A stretch of DNA of 64,000 nt from an uncultured Clostridia bacterium (GCA_963558185.1 CAUWFE010000001.1:68029-132028); one strand, 5' to 3'; shown: positions 1-11,317, counted from the first letter of the stretch. Notes: generated from the sequence alone by a model not told the origin. Made by a program: numbers and translations.

Positions 1-413
1 CATTAATTGATTTTGATAAAAACATATCAGAAGATACCATAAAATGGTGTAATAAAATGAAAGAAGAAGGAATAATATGCTGCATACTTTCAAACAGTAA
101 TAAAAAAGAAAAAGTAGAAATGGTAGCAAATAAATTACAACTTCCATATTTCTATTTTGCTACAAAACCATTAAAAAGAGGCTTTAAAAAAGCAATAAAT
201 AAAATACAAGAACAAAATAAAACAATAAAAAATGAAAATATAGCAACAGTAGGTGATCAAATATTTACAGATATAATAGGAGCAAATAGATTAGGATTAT
301 ATCCAATTTTATTAAAACCAATAGCAGAAAAAGATATATTTGTAACAAAAATAAAAAGACCAATAGAAAATTATGTAATAAAAAAATGGAAATCAAAAGA
401 GGAAGGAAAATAG
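1..413 (+). CDS. HAD-IIIA family phosphatase, YqeG-like (5' end outside window)
   Basis: Frame is open from nt 3 upstream of the listed ATG (LIDFDKNISEDTIKWCNK-MKEEG). ILSNS and VGDQIFTDI motifs are typical of YqeG-type HAD hydrolases. Confidence 0.7.
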   Translation, partial: LIDFDKNISEDTIKWCNKMKEEGIICCILSNSNKKEKVEMVANKLQLPYFYFATKPLKRGFKKAINKIQEQNKTIKNENIATVGDQIFTDIIGANRLGLYPILLKPIAEKDIFVTKIKRPIENYVIKKWKSKEEGK

Positions 414-416
414 AAA

Positions 417-1169
417 ATGTTTATAAATGAAATCAACATCATATATTATATAGTAGTTGGGATATTAGGAATTATAGCAGGTCAATGTATAGACTGGTGT
501 AATATACGATTACCAGAATATGAAAAAGTAATCTCAAAAGAATTTTTTACAAAATATTTAAAAAGCACAAAACCAAAATATTTACTATGGTTAATTATGG
601 CAATAATATATATGACACTTTTAGCAACAATTGGGTGGGGCAATAGTATATTATCTAAGTTAGAATTAATAAAATATATGCTGTTAAGCCCAATGTTAAT
701 TTCAGCATTTATGATAGATTGGAAGTTGCAAATTATACCAAACAGATTAAACCTAACAATGTTTGAAATAGGATTAGTAATTACAGTAATACAAGGAATT
801 TTCAATATAAATATTGCAATTAATATGTTGCTAGGTTCTTTAGTAGGAGCAGGAATATTTTTATTAATAACAATAATAGGTGGAGCAATAGCTGGAAAAG
901 AGGCAATGGGATTTGGTGATGTTAAATTAATGGGAGCATTAGGACTATTTTTTGGCTGGACTAATATGATTATAATATCATTAATTTCATTTTTACTAGG
1001 AGCAATAATAAGTATTATATTAATAGTAACAAAAATAAGAAAAACAGATGAATATATTCCATTTGGACCTTTTATTGTAATATCAGCATTTATTGTAATG
1101 ATAGTGCCAAGTGCTATGCTAATATATGTATTGCTAAAAATATTTACACTAGGTATGTATAAAGGATAA
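417..1169 (+). CDS. Prepilin (type IV leader) peptidase, A24 family
   Basis: Polytopic membrane protein with the GFGDVKLMGALGLFFGW aspartyl-protease motif. It starts 4 nt after the preceding stop. Confidence 0.8.
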   Translation: MFINEINIIYYIVVGILGIIAGQCIDWCNIRLPEYEKVISKEFFTKYLKSTKPKYLLWLIMAIIYMTLLATIGWGNSILSKLELIKYMLLSPMLISAFMIDWKLQIIPNRLNLTMFEIGLVITVIQGIFNINIAINMLLGSLVGAGIFLLITIIGGAIAGKEAMGFGDVKLMGALGLFFGWTNMIIISLISFLLGAIISIILIVTKIRKTDEYIPFGPFIVISAFIVMIVPSAMLIYVLLKIFTLGMYKG

Positions 1170-1195
1170 TTAATTTGTAAGGTGGGAATAAAACT

Positions 1196-2263
1196 ATGAA
1201 TGCAAATATAAGATGGTTAAGAGAAAAAATGAAAATGTTAGATTTAGAAGGAATGATTATATCAAATCAGAACAATATAAGATATCTAACAGGAATAATA
1301 GCAGAAGGTACTTTATTAATTACTAGAAAAGAAAATATATATTTAACAGATGCAAGATATGTAGAAGAAGTAAATAGTATTTTGACCATTGATGACGAAA
1401 TAATTGTACATGAATACAAAGACTTTACAACAGATGAATATGAAAATTTCTTTTTATTTTGTGAAAATGTAGGATTTGAAGAAAATGACATGACATATGC
1501 ACAATATAAAGAATGTATGCATAGATACAAAATAAATAATATGCAAGAAACAGAAGGTATAATAGAAAAACAAAGAATGATAAAAGATGATGAAGAAATT
1601 TCTAAAATAACAAAAGCTTGTGAAATTACAGATAAATGTTTTGAACATTTAAAAAAATTTATAAAGATAGGTCAAACTGAAAAAGAAATAGCATTAGAAA
1701 TAGAAAGATTTTTCAAATTAAATGGAGCAGAAGATGTATCATTTCCACCAATAGTTGCATCTGGTAAAAATTCTTCTAAACCGCATGCAATTCCAACAGA
1801 CAAAAAAATAGAATTAGGAGACGTTATTACAATAGATTTTGGCTGTAAATATGAAGGATATTGCTCAGACATGACAAGAACAGTATTTGCAGGATATATT
1901 CCAGAACAAATAAAAGAAATATATGATTTAGTTTTAAATAATCAACTTCAAACAGAAAAAGAAATGAAAGAAGGAGCAAATGCTAAAATATTAACAAGAT
2001 TAGTAAAAAATGACTTTGAACTAAATGGTTATGATTTAGTGCATGCATTAGGACATGGAGTAGGATTAGATATACATGAATATCCATTTATATCTAATCA
2101 AGATATAAATTTAAAAGAAAAAATGGTCATAACAAATGAACCAGGAATATACATTCCAGAAAAATTTGGAGTAAGAATAGAAGATACAGTATTAATTTTA
2201 AAAAATGGATGTATAAATTTAACAAAATCTGATAAAAATTATACTATAGTAGATAAAGTGTAA
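1196..2263 (+). CDS. M24 family Xaa-Pro aminopeptidase/dipeptidase
   Basis: Pita-bread fold motifs DFGCKYEGYCSDMTRT, HGVGLDIHE and NEPGIY..GVRIED. Sits in the usual position upstream of efp. Confidence 0.85.
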   Translation: MNANIRWLREKMKMLDLEGMIISNQNNIRYLTGIIAEGTLLITRKENIYLTDARYVEEVNSILTIDDEIIVHEYKDFTTDEYENFFLFCENVGFEENDMTYAQYKECMHRYKINNMQETEGIIEKQRMIKDDEEISKITKACEITDKCFEHLKKFIKIGQTEKEIALEIERFFKLNGAEDVSFPPIVASGKNSSKPHAIPTDKKIELGDVITIDFGCKYEGYCSDMTRTVFAGYIPEQIKEIYDLVLNNQLQTEKEMKEGANAKILTRLVKNDFELNGYDLVHALGHGVGLDIHEYPFISNQDINLKEKMVITNEPGIYIPEKFGVRIEDTVLILKNGCINLTKSDKNYTIVDKV

Positions 2264-2363
2264 ACAAAGTATACATAAAAATTTACAAACTATTGATTTT
2301 TATTACTTTTTGTGTTATTATAAAAAATGATTTTAAACAAGAAGTTAGAAAGGGGTAAATAAT

Positions 2364-2930
2364 ATGGCAGAAGTATATATGGCAGGAGATTTTAGAAATG
2401 GAACAACATTTGAAATGGAAGGAAACGTATATAAAGTAGTAGAATTTCAACATGTAAAACCAGGAAAGGGTTCAGCTTTTGTAAGAACAAAATTAAAAAA
2501 TGTAATAACAGGAGCAGTATTAGAAAAAACATTTAACCCAACAGAAAAATATCCAGGAGCAGAAATTGAAAAAAGAGAAATGCAATATTTATATGCTGAT
2601 GGAGATTTATATTATTTTATGGATAATGAATCTTACGAACAAATGCCTTTAAACAAGGAACAAATTGGAGATGCTTTAAAATATATTAAGGAAAATATGA
2701 ATGTAAAAATTCTTTCATATAAAGGAAATGTATTTTCAGTAGAACCACCAATGTTCGTAGAATTAGAAGTTACATATACAGAACCAGGATTTAGTGGAAA
2801 TACAACTACAACATCTGGAAAACCAGCAAAATTAGAAAATGGATATGAAGTATCAGTTCCTTTATTTGTTAATATAGGTGATATTATTAGAATTGACACA
2901 AGAACTGGCGAATATATGGAAAGAGTTTAA
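2364..2930 (+). CDS. efp: Elongation factor P
   Basis: 188 aa with [21 protein letters not shown], the canonical EF-P loop. GGGG RBS upstream. Confidence 0.95.
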   Translation: MAEVYMAGDFRNGTTFEMEGNVYKVVEFQHVKPGKGSAFVRTKLKNVITGAVLEKTFNPTEKYPGAEIEKREMQYLYADGDLYYFMDNESYEQMPLNKEQIGDALKYIKENMNVKILSYKGNVFSVEPPMFVELEVTYTEPGFSGNTTTTSGKPAKLENGYEVSVPLFVNIGDIIRIDTRTGEYMERV

Positions 2931-2967
2931 TAATAAAATTGTGTATGCAGAAAGTGGAGGAAAGTTT

Positions 2968-3450
2968 ATGCCTGATTTAGGAGAAAAATATCAAAATATT
3001 ATAACAGATATAAAAAATACAATAAAAAATCCAGAAGAAGCAAAATTTATAGAAGAAAAAATGGCTGAGTTATCAATGATGTATATTAATATGATAGATA
3101 AAATAGTAACATCATCAGATGACAAAATTAATGAATTAGAAGATAGATTAGAACAAATGGAAGTAAAAATGGAAAAATTAAATGATAATATTCATGAAAT
3201 CACATCAGATATTTATGAAGAAGATGAATTTGATTTTGAAATTGTATGTCCATATTGTAATCATCAATTTGTAGTAGATATAAATGATGAAAATAATCTA
3301 AAAGAAGTAAAATGTCCAGAATGCAAAAATCTAATTGAATTAGATTGGAATGAAGAAGAACATTGTTCAGGACACTGTGAATCATGCAGTGCTTGTTCAG
3401 AAGAATTAGAAGATTTTGATGATGAACAAGACGAAAATGAAGATATGTAA
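2968..3450 (+). CDS. Coiled-coil / zinc-ribbon protein, acidic C-terminus, function unknown
   Basis: ATG at 2968 lies behind the GGAGG RBS, so the track start 2878 inside efp is rejected. CPYC..CPEC plus CSGHCESCSAC cysteine clusters. Confidence 0.6.
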   Translation: MPDLGEKYQNIITDIKNTIKNPEEAKFIEEKMAELSMMYINMIDKIVTSSDDKINELEDRLEQMEVKMEKLNDNIHEITSDIYEEDEFDFEIVCPYCNHQFVVDINDENNLKEVKCPECKNLIELDWNEEEHCSGHCESCSACSEELEDFDDEQDENEDM

Positions 3451-3458
3451 TATTAAAT

Positions 3459-3490
3459 AAAAGTAGGAGAATTTATTTTCCTACTTTTAT
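3459..3490 (+). terminator. Rho-independent terminator
   Basis: AAAAGTAGGA-N10-TCCTACTTTT hairpin right after the stop codon. Confidence 0.6.
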
Positions 3491-3562
3491 CAAATGATAT
3501 ATGATAAAATAGACAAAATTTATATATTATAGATTATAAAAATATATAAATAAATTAAACAT

Positions 3563-3638
3563 GCTATTGTAGCTCAGTTGGTAGAGCGGCAGCCTCGTAA
3601 TCTGCAGGCCAGGGGTTCGATTCCCCTCATTAGCTCCA
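3563..3638 (+). tRNA. tRNA-Thr (anticodon CGU)
   Basis: Cloverleaf folded by hand: D arm GCTC/GAGC, anticodon loop CTCGTAA, T arm AGGGG-TTCGATT-CCCCT, encoded CCA. There is one acceptor-stem mismatch. Confidence 0.88.
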
Positions 3639-3676
3639 CCTAAATAAAATCGTCGCATTATGGCGATATATTGATA

Positions 3677-3702
3677 AATCAACTGTAAAGGTTGATTTTT
3701 TC
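3677..3702 (+). terminator. Rho-independent terminator after tRNA-Thr
   Basis: AATCAAC-N7-GTTGATT followed by a T run. Confidence 0.6.
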
Positions 3703-3824
3703 TATTACAACATAACAAAAAATTTATAAATATAGTACACATTTTCCAAAAAATATGTTAAAATATATATGCTAGTTTAAAAATTAGCACAATAAAAAGA
3801 TATAAAATAAGAAAGGTGAAAAGA

Positions 3825-4742
3825 ATGTCATTTTTTGAAAAATTAAAACAAGGTTTAAGTAAAACAAAAAATTCCTTTGATGAAAAAATAAATCAAGTAT
3901 TTAGTGGATTCCGAAAAGTAGATGAAGAATTATTAGATGAATTAGAAGAAGCATTAATAATGTCAGATGTAGGAATGGAAACATCTGTAAAGATGATAAA
4001 TAATTTAAGAGCAAGAGTAAAAAAAGAAAATATAAAAGAAGAGCCAGAAGTAAAATCAGCATTAAAACAAGAAATGCAAAATATATTAGACCAAGAAGAT
4101 GCAAGCTTACACTTAAACACACATCCTTCAGTAATACTAATAGTTGGAGTAAATGGAGTTGGTAAAACTACATCTATAGGAAAAATAGCAAACAGACTAA
4201 AAAAACAAGGTAAAAAGGTAGTAATAGCAGCAGCAGATACATTTAGAGCAGCAGCAGTAGAACAATTAGAAGTATGGGCAAAAAGAGCAGAATGTGAAGT
4301 AATAAAAGGAAAAGAAGGAATAGACCCAGCATCTGTTGTATTTGATGCAATAAAAAGAACAAAAGAAGAAAATGCAGATGTATTAATTTGTGATACAGCA
4401 GGAAGACTACATAACAAAAAATATTTAATGGACGAGTTACTAAAAATTAAAAGAGTAATTGATAAAGAATTACCAGATGTTTCAAAAGAAGTATTACTAG
4501 TTTTAGATGCTACAACTGGTCAAAATGCAATTCAACAAGTAAAAGCATTTAAAGAAGCAGTTGATATAAATGGACTAATACTAACAAAATTAGATGGCAC
4601 AGCAAAAGGTGGAGTTGTATTAGGAATTGTAGAAGAAAATCATATACCTATTAAATTTATTGGCGTAGGTGAACAAATGGACGATATGGAAGAATTTAAT
4701 AGTAAAGATTTTGTAGAAGCATTAGTAGAAAGTAATAAATAA
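3825..4742 (+). CDS. ftsY: Signal recognition particle receptor FtsY
   Basis: GVNGVGKTTSIGK, DTAGR and TKLDGTAKGG SRP-GTPase motifs. ATG 3825 follows the AAGGTGA RBS. Confidence 0.93.
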   Translation: MSFFEKLKQGLSKTKNSFDEKINQVFSGFRKVDEELLDELEEALIMSDVGMETSVKMINNLRARVKKENIKEEPEVKSALKQEMQNILDQEDASLHLNTHPSVILIVGVNGVGKTTSIGKIANRLKKQGKKVVIAAADTFRAAAVEQLEVWAKRAECEVIKGKEGIDPASVVFDAIKRTKEENADVLICDTAGRLHNKKYLMDELLKIKRVIDKELPDVSKEVLLVLDATTGQNAIQQVKAFKEAVDINGLILTKLDGTAKGGVVLGIVEENHIPIKFIGVGEQMDDMEEFNSKDFVEALVESNK

Positions 4743-4822
4743 TATGAAGGAAGAAGTCTAGAAAAAGAAGTATAATTGTTTTCAATTAAAGATTTCTAAC
4801 CAGAGGAAAGAATGAGGTAAAT

Positions 4823-7672
4823 ATGGAAGAAAAAAATAATCAAACTTCCACAAAAGAAAACCAAGTAAAAAATAAAAAAATAAGACCAATTATAGTTTTA
4901 ATTTTCAGTATAATTGTAGCAATAATAGGATATGTAATATTAAGAGGAACATATTTAGAAACATATGAATTAGGAGAAAGATATGTAAACTCTTTCTGGA
5001 GAAATTTAAATTATATGGCAACTACATTTGTTATAAATTTTATAGTAATTTATAGCTTAATGTATTTCACAAATTCTAAAATAAAAAAAGGGTTATCAGA
5101 ATTTTTCGCACAAGAAAACAAGCCAATGCCAAAACTGTTAAATAAATCAATAAGTTTTATTGTAGCAATTATTGTTAGTATGTGCACATCTAATATAATA
5201 ATGGAAAAAGCTTTAATGTGCTTTAACTCAATAGAATTCGGGATGACAGATCCTTTATTTGGAATAGATATATCATATTTTGTATTTATTCAACCTTTTA
5301 TAGAATTTATGTTATGGTATGCGATGATAGCAATAATATTCCTTACAATATATACAATTGTATATTATATAATAACATTTAATATGTTTTTTGATGGAAT
5401 AGATAGAAAAACTTTAAAAAACAGCAAATTAATAAAACAATTAGCAAATAGTATTATGATACTTGCAGTTGTATTTGCTACATTTGTATTTATACAAACA
5501 TTTGATATAGAAACAAATAAATTTATAAGTTTGCAAGATGATGAAAGTACATATTCTTTGTATGGAGCAGGATTTGCTGATGTAACAATTCAACTTTGGG
5601 GATATAGAATTTTAGCAGTAGTAATTGTAGTTTCAGTATATTTAGCAATTAAATATTTTAAACAAGGAAAAACAAAAAAAGTAATAATATCTGTTGCAGG
5701 TGTTCCTACATATTTAGTTGGTTTATTTGTAGTAATAATGGGATTTAATTTAATTTTTGTAAATAATCAAGAATTAGATAAAGAAAAAAGATATATAGAG
5801 AATAATATAAAATATACAAAAGAAGCATATGGAATTAATATAGACGAAATTACATTGCAAGAGTCAACGGCAATTACATCAGAAGAAATTAAGAAAAATC
5901 AAGAAACAATTGATAATATATCAATTGTAAGTAAAGATGTATTACTAAAAGATTTAAGAAATAGTCAAACAGCAAAAGGATATTATTCATACCGTGACGC
6001 GAGCTTACAAAAGTATACAATAAATGGTAAAGAACAATTATTATATATTTCTCCAAGAGAAATTGTAGTTAATAGTTCTGGAACATATAATAATAAAACA
6101 TATGAATATACACATGGATATGGAGCAATTATTACTTCTGCAACCAATACAAATAATGATGGAACATTAAACCATGTTCAAAAAGGTTTTGAAAATAATG
6201 ATATAATATCAATATCAGAACCACGTATTTACTATGGAATGCAAACAGATGATACAGTAGTTACAAATAGTAAAGACAAAAAAGAATTCGATTATCCTAA
6301 ACTAGAATCAAGTGATGCAGAAAATGCAGAAAATATATATGATGGAAAAGCTGGCCTATCATTAAATTTATTAGATAGATTAATTTTATCAATTAAAGAA
6401 GGAGATCTAAAACTTGCATTCTCAGGTAATGTAACAGATAATAGTAAAATATTAACAAATAGAAATATAATAAAAAGAGCAAAAACAGTAATGCCATATT
6501 TATTATATGACGAAAATCCATATATGGTAGTAACAGACGATGGAAAATTAGTATGGGTATTAGATGCATATACAGTATCTAATCAATATCCATATTCACA
6601 AAAAACTACTATGCAGTTAACACCAACAAAAAAAATGGAATTAAATTATATTAGAAATTCTGTAAAAGTTTTAATTGATGCATATGATGGTACAATAGAG
6701 TTTTATATTACAGACAGAAATGATCCAATAGTTATGGCATATGATAAAATTTATCCAGAACTATTCCAAGAAGCAGATAAAACTATACAAGCAGATATTT
6801 TAGAACATTTTGTTTATCCAGAATATTTATATAAAATTCAAGCAGATATTATAGCAAGATATCATAATGTACAACCAGATGTATTATATCGTGGAGATGA
6901 TACTTGGAAAATAGCTACACACAATGCAGGTAGAGTACTTACTAAAAATGGAACAGAAATTGAACCATATTATATAATGGCAAACTTAGTAAATTCAGAA
7001 GAACCACAATTAGGCTTAGTATTGCCATACACTCCATATGGAAAACAAAATTTAATTTCATATTTAGTAGGAACATATGATAATAGTGGAAATTCAAAAC
7101 TAACAATATATAAATATTCAGCAGATAGCAATATTTTAGGTCCAATGCAATTAGATACACAGCTAGAACAAGACGAAACTATAGCAAAAGAAATAGAAAG
7201 CTTAAATGTAACAGGAACTAAAATTATAAAAGATTTAAAAATAATTCCACTTCAAAATACATTATTGTATGTAGAACCAATTTATCAAATAAGTACAGCA
7301 GAAACAGAAGAGGCACTTCCAATATTGAAAAAAGTAGTAGTAGCTTCAGGAAGCAAAGTTGCAATAGGTAATAACCTAAAAGAGGCATTAGCAAAATTAG
7401 TTTCTCAATACGCAGTAGAAATAGAAGTAGAAAATACAGACAGTGTAGAAGATTTAGTGCAAGCTATAATCAAAGCAAATAATAACTTAACAACTTCAAA
7501 TGAAAGTAATGATTGGGAAATGATAGGAAAAGACGTAAAAAAATTACAAGAATTAGTTAATAAATTAGAAACAGCAGTAGAAAAAGAAGAAAAACAAAAA
7601 AATGAAATTCAAAATAATATTATAAATTTAGATTCAAACGTAACTAATACTGTTGCAGGCGAAATACAATAA
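4823..7672 (+). CDS. UPF0182 family large membrane protein
   Basis: 949 aa with multiple N-terminal TM helices, a large soluble region and a coiled acidic tail. The architecture matches UPF0182/COG1615 proteins of Clostridia. Confidence 0.7.
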   Translation: MEEKNNQTSTKENQVKNKKIRPIIVLIFSIIVAIIGYVILRGTYLETYELGERYVNSFWRNLNYMATTFVINFIVIYSLMYFTNSKIKKGLSEFFAQENKPMPKLLNKSISFIVAIIVSMCTSNIIMEKALMCFNSIEFGMTDPLFGIDISYFVFIQPFIEFMLWYAMIAIIFLTIYTIVYYIITFNMFFDGIDRKTLKNSKLIKQLANSIMILAVVFATFVFIQTFDIETNKFISLQDDESTYSLYGAGFADVTIQLWGYRILAVVIVVSVYLAIKYFKQGKTKKVIISVAGVPTYLVGLFVVIMGFNLIFVNNQELDKEKRYIENNIKYTKEAYGINIDEITLQESTAITSEEIKKNQETIDNISIVSKDVLLKDLRNSQTAKGYYSYRDASLQKYTINGKEQLLYISPREIVVNSSGTYNNKTYEYTHGYGAIITSATNTNNDGTLNHVQKGFENNDIISISEPRIYYGMQTDDTVVTNSKDKKEFDYPKLESSDAENAENIYDGKAGLSLNLLDRLILSIKEGDLKLAFSGNVTDNSKILTNRNIIKRAKTVMPYLLYDENPYMVVTDDGKLVWVLDAYTVSNQYPYSQKTTMQLTPTKKMELNYIRNSVKVLIDAYDGTIEFYITDRNDPIVMAYDKIYPELFQEADKTIQADILEHFVYPEYLYKIQADIIARYHNVQPDVLYRGDDTWKIATHNAGRVLTKNGTEIEPYYIMANLVNSEEPQLGLVLPYTPYGKQNLISYLVGTYDNSGNSKLTIYKYSADSNILGPMQLDTQLEQDETIAKEIESLNVTGTKIIKDLKIIPLQNTLLYVEPIYQISTAETEEALPILKKVVVASGSKVAIGNNLKEALAKLVSQYAVEIEVENTDSVEDLVQAIIKANNNLTTSNESNDWEMIGKDVKKLQELVNKLETAVEKEEKQKNEIQNNIINLDSNVTNTVAGEIQ

Positions 7673-7696
7673 TTCAAGTATAAAAATAAAAAAAAT

Positions 7697-7735
7697 ACAC
7701 ACCATAAATGATAAAGAAGAGGTGTGTGTTTTTTT
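7697..7735 (+). terminator. Rho-independent terminator
   Basis: ACACACC-N17-GGTGTGT followed by a T7 run. Confidence 0.5.
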
Positions 7736-8033
7736 GAGTTATTATAAGATAAAAAGAAAAAATAAAATAAATTTATTAGAACGAAAAATAGATGAGCTAA
7801 ACCAAAATTTAATAAAATCAAATTTAATAGAAATATCAGAATTGCTGCAAAATAGAAGAAAAATGTTATTTAGGCAATTTACTTCAGGAATAGCAAAAGG
7901 TGTAGGAATAGGAATAGGAGTAACAATAATTACAGCTGTATTAATTATAGTTTTACAAAAGATAGTATCATTAAATATACCAGTGATAGGAGAATATATT
8001 GCAGATATAGTAGAAATTGTAGAAAAACGGTAA
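7734..8033 (+). CDS. Small membrane protein (DUF5665-like)
   Basis: TTG at 7734 behind GAGGTG. An N-terminal coiled segment is followed by a glycine-rich TM stretch, GIAKGVGIGIGVTIITAVLIIVL. The start is uncertain. Confidence 0.5.
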   Translation: MSYYKIKRKNKINLLERKIDELNQNLIKSNLIEISELLQNRRKMLFRQFTSGIAKGVGIGIGVTIITAVLIIVLQKIVSLNIPVIGEYIADIVEIVEKR

Positions 8034-8101
8034 ATAACTTGCAATTTAAGCACTTTTTTGCTAAAATAATAAAAGCAAAAAATGAGAAAAGGAGAAAAAT
8101 A

Positions 8102-9808
8102 ATGATAGATTTTAAACAATATATAGTAGAAAAAATAATGGAAAAAACAACTTTAGAAAAAGCACAAGTAGAAGAATGTATAGAAATTCCAAAAGATGAG
8201 AAAATGGGAGATTATGCTTTTACATGTTTCAAACTTGCAAAAATCTTTCATAAAGCTCCAAACATAATAGCACAAGAAATTTACGAAAAATTAGATGTGC
8301 AAAATGATGAATTAATAGATAAAGTAGAAATAGTAGGTGGATATATCAACTTTTTTATGAATCAAATATATTTTATAAAAAGTGTATTTGAGCAAGGCGA
8401 TTTTGGAATAGAAAATTCATATACAGTAGGGAATAATAAAAATATTGTAATTGATTATTCTTCACCTAATATAGCAAAGCCATTTCATATAGGTCATTTA
8501 CGTACAACTGTAATAGGTGGAGCCTTATACAATATATATAAATATTTAGGATATAATGTAACAGGTGTAAACCATTTGGGAGACTATGGAACACAATTTG
8601 GAAAATTAATAGAAGGATATAAAAGATGGAAAGACGAATATTTGATTGAAGAAAAACCAATTGATGAATTAACAAAAATTTATATACGTATTAATAAATT
8701 GTGTGAAGAAGATGAAAATGTATTACAAGCATGTCGTGATAATTTTAAGAAATTAGAAGAAGGAGACGAATATTGCTTAGAAATTTGGAAAAAATTTAAA
8801 GAATTAAGTTTAAAAGAATTCCAAAGAGTATATGACTTATTAGGTAGCAAATTTGATTCATGGAATGGAGAATCTTTTTACTCTGATAAAATGGACGAGG
8901 TAATTGAAAAATTACAACAATCAGGAAAACTAATAAAATCAGAAGGTGCTGAAATAGTAGAAATAGGAGAAGAGACAGCACCATGTATAATAAGAAAATC
9001 TAATGGTTCTACTACATATGCAACTAGAGATTTAGCAGCTATTTTATATCGTGCACGTACATATAATTATGACAAAGCAATATATGTAACTTCATATGAA
9101 CAAATATTACATTTTAAACAAGTATTTACAGTAGCACAATTATTAGGTTTAGAAGAAAAATATATAAAAGGTTTAGAACATGTTCCATATGGAATGGTTA
9201 GACTAGATTCAGGAAAAATGTCTACAAGAGAAGGAACAATAGTTAAATTAGAAGATTTATTAATAGAAGCAATTAGTAGAGCTAGAAAAATAATAGAAGA
9301 GAAAAATCCACAATTACCAAATAAAGATGAAATAGCAAAAAGAGTAGGATTAGGAGCTGTAATTTTTAATGATTTATCAAACAATAGAATGAAAGATGAA
9401 ATATTTAATTGGGATGAAGTATTAAACTTTCAAGGTGAAACAGGTCCATATATTCAATATATTTATGTAAGAACAAAAAGTGTATTAGAAAAGGCAGGTA
9501 ATCCAGAATTAAATTGTAGTAAGATTAATTTTGAATATATAAAAGATAAAGACACAATGCAAATTGCAAAATTATTATACCAATTTAAAAATATATTAAT
9601 TCAAGTTACAGAAAAAGAAGAACCATCAATTCTTTCAAGATATTTAATAGATTTAAGCCAAGCATATAGTAGCTTTTATAACAACAATAAAGTATTAGTG
9701 GAAGAAGAAGAAATTAGAAATGCACGTTTATATGTAACAAAAGTAGTAGGAGAAGTTTTAAAAATAGGTGCAGAATTATTAGGAATGCAAATGCCAGATA
9801 GAATGTAA
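8102..9808 (+). CDS. argS: Arginine--tRNA ligase
   Basis: Class I motifs PNIAKPFHIGHLR (HIGH) and GKMSTREG (KMSK). ATG 8102 follows the GGAG RBS. Confidence 0.93.
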   Translation: MIDFKQYIVEKIMEKTTLEKAQVEECIEIPKDEKMGDYAFTCFKLAKIFHKAPNIIAQEIYEKLDVQNDELIDKVEIVGGYINFFMNQIYFIKSVFEQGDFGIENSYTVGNNKNIVIDYSSPNIAKPFHIGHLRTTVIGGALYNIYKYLGYNVTGVNHLGDYGTQFGKLIEGYKRWKDEYLIEEKPIDELTKIYIRINKLCEEDENVLQACRDNFKKLEEGDEYCLEIWKKFKELSLKEFQRVYDLLGSKFDSWNGESFYSDKMDEVIEKLQQSGKLIKSEGAEIVEIGEETAPCIIRKSNGSTTYATRDLAAILYRARTYNYDKAIYVTSYEQILHFKQVFTVAQLLGLEEKYIKGLEHVPYGMVRLDSGKMSTREGTIVKLEDLLIEAISRARKIIEEKNPQLPNKDEIAKRVGLGAVIFNDLSNNRMKDEIFNWDEVLNFQGETGPYIQYIYVRTKSVLEKAGNPELNCSKINFEYIKDKDTMQIAKLLYQFKNILIQVTEKEEPSILSRYLIDLSQAYSSFYNNNKVLVEEEEIRNARLYVTKVVGEVLKIGAELLGMQMPDRM

Positions 9809-9897
9809 AATAAAGTGCAAAATAGAACTATAATTGAACAATAGAATGTAAATGGTAGATAAAATTGAACAAAGGAAAGGTAGAAAATAAAAAATAA

Positions 9898-11250
9898 ATG
9901 ACAAAATATGAAAATAAAGATATAGTTATACCAATAGATAAAGATAATATAAGTATTACTTTTTCTAAAGATAAATGTGTAGAATGTGGAATGTGTAAAA
10001 ATATATGCTGTAATGAAATAACAGTAGGTAAAATGTATGATTTAAAACAAACAAATGATGATCCGGTTTGCATTAACTGTGGGCAATGTGCTAATATTTG
10101 CCCAGTTGATGCAATTTGCGAAAGATATCATTATAAAGAAGTAAAAGAAATAATAAAAAAACATGAAAAAATTGTAATAATTAGTACTGCACCAGCAGTA
10201 AGAGTTGCTCTAACAGAAGAATTTGAAAATAAAATAGAGTTTGAAGAAGGCAAAATGGTAGCTTTATTAAAAGAACTAGGAGCAAATTATGTACTAGATG
10301 TAACTTTTGGTGCAGATATGACAATTATAGAAGAAGCAGCAGAATTAACAAAAAAATTGCAAGAAGAATCTAACAAATTACCACAATTTACAAGCTGTTG
10401 TCCTGCATGGGTAAAATATGTGGAAATATTTTATCCTGAATTTATAAAAAATTTATCAACTACTAAAAGCCCTATTGCAATGCAAGGAATTACAGTAAAA
10501 AATTATTTTGCACAAAAAATGGGAATAAACCCTAAAGATATATTACATGTAGTTATTGCACCTTGTACAGCTAAAAAGTATGAAATTAATAGAGAAGAAT
10601 TTGTAACAAATGGTTTAAAAGATACAGACTATGTATTAACAACACGAGAACTAATAAAATTGGTACAAGAAGAAAATATTAATTTTGCAGAATTAAAAGA
10701 TGCTTCATTTGATAGTATTATGGGAAAAGGAAGTGGTGCTGGACTTGTATTTGGAGCTTCTGGAGGGGTGGCACAAGCAGTATTAAGAACAGTTTATTAT
10801 AATATTACAAATTCAAACCCACCAGATAATCTTATAAATTTAGTAGAAGTGCAAGGCTTAAAAGGAGTTAAAGAAGCAACTGTAAATATAGGAGATAAAT
10901 CTATAAAAGTTTGTGTAATTCAAGGAATGAGTAATGCAAAAAGAATACTTGATAGCATGAATGAAAATGAACATTCAAATTATGATTTTATAGAAGTAAT
11001 GGCATGTACAGGTGGCTGTGCTGGCGGAGGAGGTCAACCTAAATTACCAATGCTTAATGCTAAAGAAAGCAAGCAAACAAGAATGAATTTATTATATGAA
11101 AATGATAGTAAAATGCAAAATCGATTTAGCTATTTAAATTTTGAAGCATTAAGGGCATATAGTGATTTTTATGGAGAACCACTAGGAGAAAAAGCACAAA
11201 AAATGTTACATACAAAATATGAAAATAAATCATATTTTTTAGGAAAATAG
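9898..11250 (+). CDS. [FeFe] hydrogenase, monomeric, with 2x[4Fe-4S] ferredoxin domain
   Basis: H-cluster motifs TSCCPAWV, APCTAKKYE and MACTGGCAGGGGQP. Two N-terminal CxxCxxCxxxCP clusters. Confidence 0.9.
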   Translation: MTKYENKDIVIPIDKDNISITFSKDKCVECGMCKNICCNEITVGKMYDLKQTNDDPVCINCGQCANICPVDAICERYHYKEVKEIIKKHEKIVIISTAPAVRVALTEEFENKIEFEEGKMVALLKELGANYVLDVTFGADMTIIEEAAELTKKLQEESNKLPQFTSCCPAWVKYVEIFYPEFIKNLSTTKSPIAMQGITVKNYFAQKMGINPKDILHVVIAPCTAKKYEINREEFVTNGLKDTDYVLTTRELIKLVQEENINFAELKDASFDSIMGKGSGAGLVFGASGGVAQAVLRTVYYNITNSNPPDNLINLVEVQGLKGVKEATVNIGDKSIKVCVIQGMSNAKRILDSMNENEHSNYDFIEVMACTGGCAGGGGQPKLPMLNAKESKQTRMNLLYENDSKMQNRFSYLNFEALRAYSDFYGEPLGEKAQKMLHTKYENKSYFLGK

Positions 11251-11317
11251 AATATGTATAAAAAGTTAAAGAAAATTGTGTGAAAGCAAAATTCACAAAA
11301 AGTTCACAGTAATATCA

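Noticed and set aside
8039-8101. Upstream-extended start codons from the ORF track, such as 8039, 2878, 20584, 22553, 32294, 58439, 59403 and 59603.
   Set aside because: In each case a downstream ATG/TTG/GTG has a properly spaced GGAGG-type RBS. The extension overlaps a promoter, a terminator or the preceding gene.
7673-8101. A possible T-box leader upstream of argS.
   Set aside because: Only 68 nt separate the upstream small gene from argS. No specifier or T-box sequence is visible.
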